Part shown: one piece after another, positions 15,819 through 24,473 of the stretch | Layout of the letters: every line of letters begins with the position of its first letter | Position numbering within the stretch: the first letter of the stretch is position 1 | Assembly (NCBI GenBank): GCA_965226745.1 | Contig: CBDDDS010000002.1 | Location: 193,311-257,310 of the forward strand | Source: Dehalococcoidia bacterium | Lineage (GTDB): Bacteria; Chloroflexota; Dehalococcoidia; Lucifugimonadales; SAR202-VII-2 | Direction of reading: 5' to 3' | DNA: 64,000 bases | Position numbers and translations under genes: made by a program | The notes under the pieces: generated by a model | Database searches by the model: none | What the model saw: the letters and a program-made list of their open reading frames with translations, nothing else | What the model was told of the DNA's origin: nothing

Positions 15819-16020
15819 TTTGTTTTGGCCTGCGCCGCTATCCCGCCCGCTCCGCCCTCCGACGGTTTCCAAAGCAGGGGCACTCGCTGTACCCGCGGCG
15901 GCGGCTGCGCCCCCTGCACCCCGCTCGGCGAGACGAAAGCCCCATCCTTGACGGTGCAGGCGTATTGGTCGTTGTATGGTCCTCCAATGACAGCCCAATT
16001 CGGTGTATTAGCGTGAACAG
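15819..16020 (+). repeat. H2 module plus end module E4
   Basis: TTTGTTTTGGCCTGCGCCGCTATCCCGCCC...GCTGCGCCCCCTGCAC, then ...CAATTCGGTGTATTAGCGTGAACAG. The E4 part is the inverted homologue of 35435..35525. Confidence 0.75.
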
Positions 16021-16065
16021 TCTCTAGCCGAACATTCCACCCTACCCGCCCCCTGCTATCCCTTC

Positions 16066-17727
16066 TCAGGGCTGGGAGCGCTTGCGGGCGATCATGGCGT
16101 CGGCCAGGGGACTCTGGGCGGGCTTGATCACGACGTTGACCAGCGCAGGCTTGCCGCTGTTGAAGGCCCTTTGCAAAGCCCCGGACAGGTCCTCGCGACG
16201 CTCTACGAGCTCGCCGTGGCCCCCCATCGCCTCCACAACCCTGTCGTAGCGGACGAAACGCAGGTCTGTGGCAACCGCCCTGCCGTAGTAGGCAAGCTGG
16301 AAGTTGCGGTCGATGCCCCATAGAGCGTCGTTGCCCAGCACGATGACGACCGGCAGGTTGTGCCGAATCGCCGTGTCTATCTCCGCGAGGTAGAAGCCAA
16401 GGGATCCGTCGCCCATGAACAGCACGACCTGAGCATCGGGGTCGGCGTAACGGCAGGCCAGGGCAAAGGGAAGACCCGCGCCAAGCTGACCCAACGGACC
16501 CAGCCGCAGCCAGCCGCCAGGACGGCGTGCCCTCAGATAAAGGCGGGGCCATTGCACATAGTCGCCGCCGTCCACGATGACCATCGCATCATCGCGGAGC
16601 AGCGCTTCCACCTCCTGCGCCACGTGAAGCGGGTGTATCGCCTCAGCCTCGGCTGCCGCGGCGTCCCACTTCGCCCTCGTCCCTGCGGTGCTGCGCCGCA
16701 GCTCCTCCACCCATGGGCGGCCGGGCCACGGCCTGTTCGCCGCCCGTTCCGCGAGCTGCCCCACAATGGCCCCGATGTCGCCCACCAAGGCAACGTCCGC
16801 GGTGCGATTCACGCCCACCGCCTCATGCGAGGGCTCCACCTGGATGATCTTGGCCGATGCAGCGATTGAAGGGGGCTGCCCGAAGCCAATGCGAGCGTCC
16901 AGCTTCTTGCCCAGCAGGAGCACGACGTCGGACTGGGAGACGAGGCGGTAGGTCTCGTTCAAGGCCCTGTCGGCGTAGCCGAAGCACAGGGGGTGCTCGT
17001 CGGAGAGGAGGCCCCGGCTGAGCTCCACGGTAAACAGGGGGGTCTTCGTCGTCTCGATGAAGTTGGCCAACCCGTCCCTGGAAAGCGAGAACCACGCCGC
17101 CCCACCGGCGATGGCCACGGGCCGTTCGGCCCCGCGCAGCAGATCGAGGGCGCGGTCCACGTCTTCAGGGGAAGCGGTGGCGCGGGACGCCGTCTGGGGC
17201 CGGTAAGCCTCCGCCTCTGCGTCGGCGATTTGCTGCTCCTGCACGTCGACGGGGACGGACAGGTAGACGGGGCCCGGCCTTCCGCCGGCGGCAGAGCGGA
17301 AGGCCCTGCTCACGTACTCAGGGATGCGGCTGGCATCGGGTATTTGCCACGCCCCCTTGACCGTGGGCCTCGCCATGTCCACCTGGGGCACTTCCTGGGC
17401 GTTCCACATGCCCTGGAGGTAGGACTCAGGGGCGCCGCTTATGAAGACCAGGGGAGTCTCGGCCATCCAGGCCATGGGCAGCCCGGCAACGGCGTTGGCG
17501 TGCCCTGGGCCTCCGGTGGTCAGCGCCACCGCCGGGCGGCCGGTCACGCGGGTATAGGCATCGGCCATGTGGAGGGCGGCGGCTTCGTGGCGGGTGTCAA
17601 TCAGCTTGACGCCCTCATCCTCCAGCGCATCCACCAGAGGAAGGATGTGGTCGCCAACGAGGGTGAACACGGTGTCGATGCCCTCGGCTCTGAGGGCCCG
17701 CGCCAGCAGGTGGGCGCCTGTCGTCAT
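16066..17727 (-). CDS. thiamine-diphosphate-dependent enzyme (acetolactate synthase/oxalyl-CoA decarboxylase superfamily)
   Basis: 553-aa ORF. It has the N-terminal TPP-Pyr motif LTTGGPGHANAV and the C-terminal GDGSLGF TPP-binding motif. Confidence 0.85.
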   Translation of the reverse strand: MTTGAHLLARALRAEGIDTVFTLVGDHILPLVDALEDEGVKLIDTRHEAAALHMADAYTRVTGRPAVALTTGGPGHANAVAGLPMAWMAETPLVFISGAPESYLQGMWNAQEVPQVDMARPTVKGAWQIPDASRIPEYVSRAFRSAAGGRPGPVYLSVPVDVQEQQIADAEAEAYRPQTASRATASPEDVDRALDLLRGAERPVAIAGGAAWFSLSRDGLANFIETTKTPLFTVELSRGLLSDEHPLCFGYADRALNETYRLVSQSDVVLLLGKKLDARIGFGQPPSIAASAKIIQVEPSHEAVGVNRTADVALVGDIGAIVGQLAERAANRPWPGRPWVEELRRSTAGTRAKWDAAAAEAEAIHPLHVAQEVEALLRDDAMVIVDGGDYVQWPRLYLRARRPGGWLRLGPLGQLGAGLPFALACRYADPDAQVVLFMGDGSLGFYLAEIDTAIRHNLPVVIVLGNDALWGIDRNFQLAYYGRAVATDLRFVRYDRVVEAMGGHGELVERREDLSGALQRAFNSGKPALVNVVIKPAQSPLADAMIARKRSQP

Positions 17728-17855
17728 GCCTCACCTCTCGCAATCGCTGCCTGGGGAAGAAGGCGCCGGCGTGGGTGGAGCGCGGCCCTGCTGCCACGCG
17801 CCTCCAACCCTATCGTTCGTTGTCGTCCCCAGAGAGGTTGTTGCGCGGTCCCCGT

Positions 17856-17957
17856 CCTAGCACAGGGTAACCAAAGCACTCGTTTCCATGCCTGGCAGTC
17901 TAACACCGTGCGCATCGCGTCAAAACGATAATGCTGTTTTCCGACACTAGGCGCCAG
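17856..17957 (+). repeat. ~100-nt repeat R, copy 1
   Basis: CCTAGCACAGGGTAACCAAAGCACTCGTTTCCATGCCTGGCAGTC...CTGTTTTCCGACACTAGGCGCCAG. About 80% identical by eye to 19096..19197 in the same orientation. Confidence 0.75.
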
Positions 17958-17985
17958 AGGCGCTGCGAGTCACTCTATTAGTCGC

Positions 17986-18813
17986 TCACCCGCGGGTCAA
18001 GGCTGGCTGGGCATTTTCCGCGCGCCGCCGGGTTGTTATCACGCGATCGCCTGTGGGCTGGACAGGACGATTGTTGGGACCGCCGCTCAACGCCAGAAGG
18101 CTATCAACCTGCTCCGGGGAGATGGTTTTGGGCTGGCGCATGACGTACCAGTCAACCGGTTCACCGCACGGGGGTGTCGTCTTTGAGCCGTCGTACCGAT
18201 AATAGCCGAGTTCGCCCGGCGCGTAGCCCCTGGCATTGAGAGCAAAGCCGTCGACGACAGTATTGGTAGCCGCCGGGGCAGCATCGAGAATCTCCTGCGC
18301 TATTGGGCTGGGCGCGCCCAGCTCAAACAGCAGCCCGACGACTGCCAGGGCATCGTCAGCATCCGCATGGACCAAGTGCAGTTCTGCCGCAAAGCTCGCG
18401 CCGTCTATCCGATGCTCTGATGGTGAATGGAAGTGCGCCGACTTTAGCTCGTAGGTCCGCTGGCCAACGCTCAGGGTGTTACCCGCCATATAGTCAACAT
18501 GGACAAATTTGCCATCGTTGTGGACGGACGCAGCATCGACGCTGTATGAGAACGAAATGGGCGCGGCGTTGCCCTTGGAGGATCCGGCAATATCAATTGG
18601 AGATTGCTGCTTGCCGTCGGCGCAGGTTGCGTACTCTTCGGACAACGAGGCCCAAAATTCCGGCGCGCCCGGCCCATCGTACCCCCACTTCACCGCCTGA
18701 TCGGAACGGCCGCAAGCCGCGCCTGTGAGCAATGCCGCCAGCAGGCACGCCAGCATCAGCCCAACAATTCTCAGCCCTGGCTGATGCTTCAAGCTGAACT
18801 GGCTATCCATCAT
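17986..18813 (-). CDS. alpha-class carbonic anhydrase with lipoprotein-type signal
   Basis: QSPIDI, HFHSPSEH and ELHLVH zinc-ligand motifs of alpha-CA are present. The likely start is ATG 18813 (MMDSQ...LLTGAACG lipobox). The track ORF extends to 18897. Confidence 0.85.
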   Translation of the reverse strand: MMDSQFSLKHQPGLRIVGLMLACLLAALLTGAACGRSDQAVKWGYDGPGAPEFWASLSEEYATCADGKQQSPIDIAGSSKGNAAPISFSYSVDAASVHNDGKFVHVDYMAGNTLSVGQRTYELKSAHFHSPSEHRIDGASFAAELHLVHADADDALAVVGLLFELGAPSPIAQEILDAAPAATNTVVDGFALNARGYAPGELGYYRYDGSKTTPPCGEPVDWYVMRQPKTISPEQVDSLLALSGGPNNRPVQPTGDRVITTRRRAENAQPALTRG

Positions 18814-18911
18814 TGCCCGGCTGTCTCCGTTACCGTCTCGACGCGAATTCTCTCGTAGGCGGGCGCGATCTCCCACTGGAGGCAACACGATGTCCAACAG
18901 CGGATCGTCCT

Positions 18912-19079
18912 CTATCCGGGAGGGAACCTCCTCCGGTCATCCTCGAGGTCGAGGACGACCACGTAGTCCGCTTCGCGGCCCTTCAGCCCGTGAATGGCGC
19001 GGAACTCCTCCTACAGCGACCTGTTCCACGGGCATGTCAGGAGTGCGTTCCGGCTGTGGCGGTAACGCTCCAGCGCCAG
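18912..19079 (-). pseudogene. UvrD/helicase-IV-like C-terminal remnant
   Basis: The minus-strand translation is LALERYRHSRNALLTCPWNRSL*EEFRAIHGLKGREADYVVVLDLEDDRRRFPPG*. FRAIHGLKGREADYVVVL resembles helicase motif VI. There is an in-frame stop at 19011..19013 and no N-terminal part. Confidence 0.4.
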
Positions 19080-19095
19080 AACAGAGTGACGCGTA

Positions 19096-19197
19096 CCTAG
19101 CATCTGGTAACCAAAGTAAGCGTTTCCATGTTTGGCAGTCGAACGCCGTGTGCAAGGGGTCAAAACGACAACGCTGTTTTCCAACACTAGGCGCCAG
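19096..19197 (+). repeat. ~100-nt repeat R, copy 2
   Basis: Direct repeat of 17856..17957, 1240 bp away. Confidence 0.75.
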
Positions 19198-19272
19198 CCT
19201 TCACCGGGCGCCGGGAAGGGACAGGAGGATGTTCCTGCCTTGCGCCTGGAATGACATCCCCGGGAAATACGG

Positions 19273-20166
19273 CTAGTTCCTGTCCTTCCTCCGGCGCTGG
19301 GCGCGCGTGCCCTTGGGCCTGGGAGCGCTGGGAGAAGCAGAGGGACCGCTCATGTCCCCGGCGGTCCTGAGTCTGGCCTTCCACACCAGGATTGCCCCGG
19401 TGACGACCAGCACGGCAATGGAGATGACCTGCGCCTCCTGAAGCGGGCCGATGAACTTGTCGTCCAGACGGAAGAAGGTCTGGATGACGAGCCGGCCTGC
19501 GCCATAGAGAAACAGATAGAGAGCGAACATCATGCCATCCGGCTTGATCCGCCCCCTGGCGACTTTATACAGGAAGCCGAAGGCCAGCAGGTCGTAGATG
19601 AGCTCATAGCTAACGGCGGAGTGCATGGCTTTCGTTTCGATGAGGCCGGCGCCCCCCAGGGGCATGCACGAGAACGCGGGGCTCTCGGGGTGGGAGTAGA
19701 CGAAGCCCCAAGGCGCGTCCGTGGCCTTGGCGCAATGCTCTCCGTTGATGACGTCCCCGACCCGTCCAACCGCCTGGGACAGGAGCATCGCGGGCGCCGT
19801 CAGGTCCATGATCCGTCTGATGGGGTAGCCCATGCGCCATGCGGCAATCAGGCCGCCGGCAAGTCCTCCCAGCAGGCCTCCCCACAACCCCACCCCGCCG
19901 GTGTTGAGCGCGAGGATCCCGGTGAGGTCGTTTTGGTAGACCTCCCAGAAGTCCACCACGTGGACCACGCGGGCGCCGATGATGCCGCCCAAGACGGCCC
20001 AGATGGCGATGTTGTAGACAGCCTCTGACCCTATCCCCGCCCGCCGGGCCCAGCGGGCCACCAGAAAGATGGCGACAACCACCCCAACAAAGGTGAATAG
20101 GCCATGCCAGCTCAGAAGCAAAGGCCCAATGCTTCCGATGTTGGGGTCCGCGGTAATGCGAATCAA
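19273..20166 (-). CDS. lgt: prolipoprotein diacylglyceryl transferase
   Basis: LSWHGLF...GARVVHV...GGLLGG...GRVGDVINGEH is Lgt-like. I place the start at TTG 20166, because the track ORF (to 20340) runs through the tRNA. Confidence 0.85.
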   Translation of the reverse strand: MIRITADPNIGSIGPLLLSWHGLFTFVGVVVAIFLVARWARRAGIGSEAVYNIAIWAVLGGIIGARVVHVVDFWEVYQNDLTGILALNTGGVGLWGGLLGGLAGGLIAAWRMGYPIRRIMDLTAPAMLLSQAVGRVGDVINGEHCAKATDAPWGFVYSHPESPAFSCMPLGGAGLIETKAMHSAVSYELIYDLLAFGFLYKVARGRIKPDGMMFALYLFLYGAGRLVIQTFFRLDDKFIGPLQEAQVISIAVLVVTGAILVWKARLRTAGDMSGPSASPSAPRPKGTRAQRRRKDRN

Positions 20167-20203
20167 TAGTCTCTCGCTAAGCTGCCCCGAAGGGCGGTCT
20201 GGC

Positions 20204-20280
20204 TGGTCGGGGTGAGAGGATTTGAACCTCCGACCCCCTGCACCCCATGCAGGTGCGCTCCCGGGCTGCGCTACACCCCG
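20204..20280 (-). tRNA. tRNA-Pro (anticodon GGG)
   Basis: The minus strand reads CGGGGTG-TA-GCGC-AGCCCGGGA-GCGC-A-CCTGC-ATGGGGT-GCAGG-GGGTC-GGAGG-TTCAAAT-CCTCT-CACCCCG-A-CCA. This is a full cloverleaf with an encoded CCA. Confidence 0.9.
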
Positions 20281-20529
20281 ACGCTCATAGAGATTAGCAC
20301 ACGCCCGAAGGGCCTTCAACCGCGGCGCGTCCCTCAGCAAGCATGGCCTAACGACGATATCAGGTGCCTAGAAAGCTCACGCGGCCCACTATCGACAGCA
20401 ACCCGGGCACAGGTATCGAGACCCAGGCGTCATCGTTGACCCTGGCGGTTCTATGCTCCTATAATGGGCCGTCCCACACTAGGGCCCGGGCTTCGTCGTC
20501 TCCAGGCCCCCAACAAGGAGGTGGTCGCC

Positions 20530-21648
20530 GTGAAGAACGGATTCAAGGCTATGGACTCCGACATGCACATCATGGAGCCCGTCGATCTTTGGCAGAGCTA
20601 CATCGACCCCGCCTACGCCGAACGCGCCCCCGTCGGCTTGGATGAGTTCACCAGAGACCTGCGGGTTGAGGTGGACGGCAGGATCATGGGCGGCGCCTCC
20701 AACCGCTTCCCGCAGGCGTTCTACGACGTCATCGAGAAGAAGATGTGGGACCTGTACAGCGATGCGCTTGCCAGGAACTTCGACGGCCCATCACAGATCC
20801 AGGCCATGGACAATGAGGGGCTGGACACCGCCGTGCTCTTTCCCACCAGGGGGCTTTTCGTGCTGGGCATAGACCAACTGGACCCCGGCTACGCAGGGGC
20901 CATTGCCAAGGCCTACAACGATTGGATGCGCGACTTCTGCCAGACGGCGCCCACTCGCATGTACGGCGCCGCGATGGTGGCGCCCCATGACGTCGAGGGG
21001 GCGGTGGCGGAGGCGCGGCGCTGCGTTGAGGACTTTGGATTCAAGGCCATTTACATGCGGCCCACCTACGTCAACGGCCACATGTGGAGCGACCCGTACT
21101 ACGACCCCCTGTGGGCCGAGTGCCAGCGGCTGGGCATCCCCGTGGGTTTCCATGCCGCCGGGTTCGTCGACCTGCCTCAACCGGTCATGGAGCGCTTCGT
21201 GCCCACGTTCTCCATGATGAACACGCTCACCTTCCCCCTGGAGAACATGACGGCGGTCACGGACATGATCTTTGGCGGAGTCTTCGAGCGGTTCCCCACC
21301 CTCAAGGTGGCCTACCTTGAGGGCAACTGCTCCTGGATGCCCTGGCTCCTCTGGCGCATGAACGAGTACATGGAGGTGACCGGCTACGCGGAAATCCCGG
21401 AGCTGACGCTGATGCCCGACGAGTACTTCCGCCGCCAGTGCTTCACCGCCATAGAATGCGACGAGATAACAGCCAAGCACCTGCCGGAGTTTGGTCTGGG
21501 AGACAACGTGGTGTTCTCCACGGACTACCCGCACCTGGACGTGAAGTACCCCCACGCGGTGGAGACCCTTCTGAACCTTCCGATACCGGAGGAGGACAAG
21601 CGGAAATACCTCTGGGACAATTGCGCCAGGTTGTACGGCTTGGAATAG
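20530..21648 (+). CDS. amidohydrolase-2 (ACMSD-like) family protein
   Basis: MDSDMHIMEP...FPTR... and a C-terminal FSTDYPH motif are present. A GTG at 20530 is preceded by AAGGAGG. ATG 20551 is an alternative start. Confidence 0.8.
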   Translation: MKNGFKAMDSDMHIMEPVDLWQSYIDPAYAERAPVGLDEFTRDLRVEVDGRIMGGASNRFPQAFYDVIEKKMWDLYSDALARNFDGPSQIQAMDNEGLDTAVLFPTRGLFVLGIDQLDPGYAGAIAKAYNDWMRDFCQTAPTRMYGAAMVAPHDVEGAVAEARRCVEDFGFKAIYMRPTYVNGHMWSDPYYDPLWAECQRLGIPVGFHAAGFVDLPQPVMERFVPTFSMMNTLTFPLENMTAVTDMIFGGVFERFPTLKVAYLEGNCSWMPWLLWRMNEYMEVTGYAEIPELTLMPDEYFRRQCFTAIECDEITAKHLPEFGLGDNVVFSTDYPHLDVKYPHAVETLLNLPIPEEDKRKYLWDNCARLYGLE

Positions 21649-21748
21649 GCGCCCTTTCGCAAAGGGTTGGGAGGGGCTCCCCTGGGGGCGCCGGCCCAAG
21701 AGCGATGAGCCCCACGACGGAACGTCTGCAAGACACAAAGGAGCAACG

Positions 21749-22693
21749 ATGGCCACACTCATTACCGGCGCCGGCATGCTCGGCGTCCATCTCGCCAAGG
21801 ATCTCGCGGACCAGGGAGAGAAAGTCGCCCTGTTCGAGCTATCACCCGTCAATTGGTACATAGATAAGGTAGCCGGCAAGGACCGGGCTGATGTCATCCG
21901 CGGCGACGTCACCAACGTCGGCGACCTCGTGGCGGCGCTTCAGAGGACCAACGCCGACTGCCTGGTGCATACCGTGGGTCTGCTGGGGGGCGCAGTCGCC
22001 GCCGCTCCGTACACGGCCTTTAAGGTCAACGTGGGCGGGACGGTAAACGCCCTGGAGGCGGCTCGGCTCACCGGAGTCAAGCGGGTGGTGTTCGCAAGCA
22101 CAATGGGCGTCTACGACGTCACCGCCTCCGGCCCCATGAACGAGGACCAGCAGACGGCGCCGAACTCGCTGTATGGCGCCACCAAGCTGGCCGCGGAGCG
22201 GCTTGCGTTGCAATACGGGGCGCACTACGGCATAGAGGTCATTGCCCTGCGGTATCCCGTCGGCTACGGGTACACGTTCTCTGCCGCCGGCACGCCCTTC
22301 GGGAGCGTCATCTTCGAGGTGATCACGGGTCCAGCCGACGGCCGGGCCGTCACCGTGGAGCGAACCTCTCTCTGGATGGGGTACAACGAGTTCGTCTACG
22401 CCAAGGACATGGCGCGGGCCGCAGCCTTGGCCGTTCGGGCTGAGGGCTTGACCGACCACATTTTCAACATCGGCACGGGCGTGCTGAAGGATCTGGAGGA
22501 TATTGCGGCGGCTGTGCGGGAGGAGATTCCCGATGCCCAGATAACCATCACCGAGCCCAACGGCCCCGCGAAGGCCAGCCCAACGCGTTTCCCCTTCGAC
22601 CTCGTGAAGGCGGGCGAGCAACTGGGGTACAGGCCATCCTTCTTCATCCCCGAGGCGGTGAAGGACTACATAGCCAGCTTCAAGGCGTCCTAG
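21749..22693 (+). CDS. NAD-dependent epimerase/dehydratase (extended SDR)
   Basis: Has an N-terminal ITGAGMLG Rossmann motif and a YGATK catalytic YxxxK. Confidence 0.85.
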   Translation: MATLITGAGMLGVHLAKDLADQGEKVALFELSPVNWYIDKVAGKDRADVIRGDVTNVGDLVAALQRTNADCLVHTVGLLGGAVAAAPYTAFKVNVGGTVNALEAARLTGVKRVVFASTMGVYDVTASGPMNEDQQTAPNSLYGATKLAAERLALQYGAHYGIEVIALRYPVGYGYTFSAAGTPFGSVIFEVITGPADGRAVTVERTSLWMGYNEFVYAKDMARAAALAVRAEGLTDHIFNIGTGVLKDLEDIAAAVREEIPDAQITITEPNGPAKASPTRFPFDLVKAGEQLGYRPSFFIPEAVKDYIASFKAS

Positions 22694-22713
22694 GTGTAGC
22701 CTATCAGAGCGAT

Positions 22714-22748
22714 AGAGAGAGGGCGGGTCTATGACCCGCCCTCTCTCT
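22714..22748. terminator. bidirectional hairpin between convergent genes
   Basis: AGAGAGAGGGCGGGT-ctatg-ACCCGCCCTCTCTCT forms a 15-bp perfect stem. Confidence 0.6.
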
Positions 22749-22791
22749 CCAATCCCAGGGTGCTGCACTCCCTTGCGGGTGAGGAGGGGCG

Positions 22792-23202
22792 CTAGAGGGA
22801 CTCCCTCAGCGCATCGATGACGGCCTGGGCGCACTCCACGTCCTGCTCGCCGCTGCCGCCGCTGGCCGACACGCCGCACACGAGTTGGTCGCCGTCCATC
22901 AACACAAGGCCGCCGGGCAGCATGATCACCTTGCCGGCAAAGAGGGTCTCCAGGCTGGAGAAACCGGGCGCCTTCTGGCTCAGCTCCTGCAGGGCGGCTG
23001 TGCTCCGCCTGAAGGCAACCGCCGTGTACGCCTTGCCTATGGCGATGTCGACTGTGTTCCAACGGGCGCCGTCGCCCTGGACCGACATCTTGACGTGGCC
23101 GCCCTCGTCCATGATGCAAAAGCTGATCCTCTGGCCCATCTCAACGGCCTTGGCCATGCCAGCCTGAATACCCGCGTACATCTTTTCCACTGTGAGCGCC
23201 AT
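22792..23202 (-). CDS. GlcG/HbpS-like heme-binding protein (DUF336)
   Basis: Distal 136 codons of ORF 22792..23862, starting at ATG 23202 with a GGAGGTG SD. ...VDIAIGKAYTAVAF...GGLVL...GVSGGSGEQD is DUF336-like. Confidence 0.8.
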   Translation of the reverse strand: MALTVEKMYAGIQAGMAKAVEMGQRISFCIMDEGGHVKMSVQGDGARWNTVDIAIGKAYTAVAFRRSTAALQELSQKAPGFSSLETLFAGKVIMLPGGLVLMDGDQLVCGVSASGGSGEQDVECAQAVIDALRESL

Positions 23203-23382
23203 CGAGCACCTCCAACGTCTCGCTTTATACTGAATGAGTCTTGGTCGGCTCGGCGAACATAGCCCGTGATCTTGCGGGATGTCAAGGCGGCCCCGCAATA
23301 TTTGCGGCAACGCAGCGGCCGCGGCGCCGACTCTTCCCAGGCGCCACCACCGGGGCACAATCATCAACGCGAGGGGGAGACC

Positions 23383-23760
23383 ATGGCCAGGATACGGCAC
23401 GTCGCTATAGCAACGCAGGACCCGGAGGCAACCGCCCGTTTCTATATGGACGGCCTTGGCCTTCAGGAGGCTGGCCGCGTCTTCAACGACGCGGCGGAGG
23501 GATACTACCTCACCGACGGCCACGTGAACCTGGCCATTCTGAAGTTCAAGGACGACTTCGCAGCGACTACCGAAGGCGCGCCGCGATATGCGGGTGTTCA
23601 CCATCTGGGCTTTGCGGTGGACGAGATGACAACGGCTGAGCAACAGATCATCAACGCCGGCGCAAGGTATAAGTCGGAAGGCGACATGCCCGGCAATCGC
23701 CCGTCCCGCGGGGCCAACGTCGAGGTCAAGTTCACCGCCCCCGGACGGCGTCACCGTTGA
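23383..23760 (+). CDS. VOC (glyoxalase/bleomycin-resistance) family protein
   Basis: MARIRHVAIATQDPEATARFY...GVHHLGFAV. The start is ATG 23383, inside track ORF 23266..23760. Confidence 0.8.
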   Translation: MARIRHVAIATQDPEATARFYMDGLGLQEAGRVFNDAAEGYYLTDGHVNLAILKFKDDFAATTEGAPRYAGVHHLGFAVDEMTTAEQQIINAGARYKSEGDMPGNRPSRGANVEVKFTAPGRRHR

Positions 23761-24026
23761 CCTCTCCGAGTCCGGGTGGGCGGGAACCGGCTGACCAGGC
23801 CCGATGTCCCGAAGGCCATGCAGGGCGGCGCCCCTGGCCGCGGAGCATTGAACGGCATTCATAACAGCCGATAGCGTCCCCCGTCCGCCGGCGAGGGAGG
23901 TTGCTTGGGGCGCGGAACGGAGGCCTTCCTGCCTCTGCGCCGAACCTTTCCCTCACAGGGGCAAGCTGGTAGGATAGACTCAGCCCTGGCAGGGCTGTTC
24001 AACCCCCTCGCGGCGCGACAGATCTC

Positions 24027-24473
24027 GTGAAGCTACTTGTCGTCAACGGTCCCAACCTGAACCGCCTTGGCCAGCGGGATCCTGCCCTGTACGGCGCCAT
24101 GTCCCTGGCCGAGTTGGAGCAGAACATCAACGACCGAGCCTCTTACCACGGCGCAGAGGCAGCTTGCTTTCAGTCCAACCACGAGGGCGCCCTGGTCGAC
24201 TGGCTCCAGGAGCACGGCCCCGCAGCGGACGGAATCATCATCAATCCGGCGGCCCTGACAACCTACGGACTCTCTCTGCGGGATTGCCTGCAGGACCTGC
24301 GAGTCCCGGCGGTGGAGGTGCACATTTCGCACATTCACGCCCGAGAGGAGTGGCGCAGGGAGTCGGTCATCGCGCCGGTCTGCGTAGCCCAGGTCACGGG
24401 CATGGGCTGGCGCGGCTACCTGGCAGCCGTCGATTACCTCGCCGCTATCGCCAAGAAGGAAGGCGCCACATGA
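24027..24473 (+). CDS. aroQ: type II 3-dehydroquinate dehydratase
   Basis: LVVNGPNLNRLGQRDPALYG...FQSNHEGALVDW...IIINPAALT...HISHIHAREEWR. Confidence 0.9.
   Translation: MKLLVVNGPNLNRLGQRDPALYGAMSLAELEQNINDRASYHGAEAACFQSNHEGALVDWLQEHGPAADGIIINPAALTTYGLSLRDCLQDLRVPAVEVHISHIHAREEWRRESVIAPVCVAQVTGMGWRGYLAAVDYLAAIAKKEGAT

Noticed and set aside
17856-17957. Repeat R considered as an integron attC site making the carbonic anhydrase a gene cassette.
   Set aside because: A single GTCTAAC (RYYYAAC-like) is present, but there is no paired GTTRRRY core at the other end, no attC-type imperfect palindrome and no intI nearby.
19273-20340. The 355-aa ORF considered as the full lgt gene.
   Set aside because: Its N-terminal 58 codons run through the tRNA-Pro gene (20204..20280). 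The Lgt-like sequence begins at TTG 20166.
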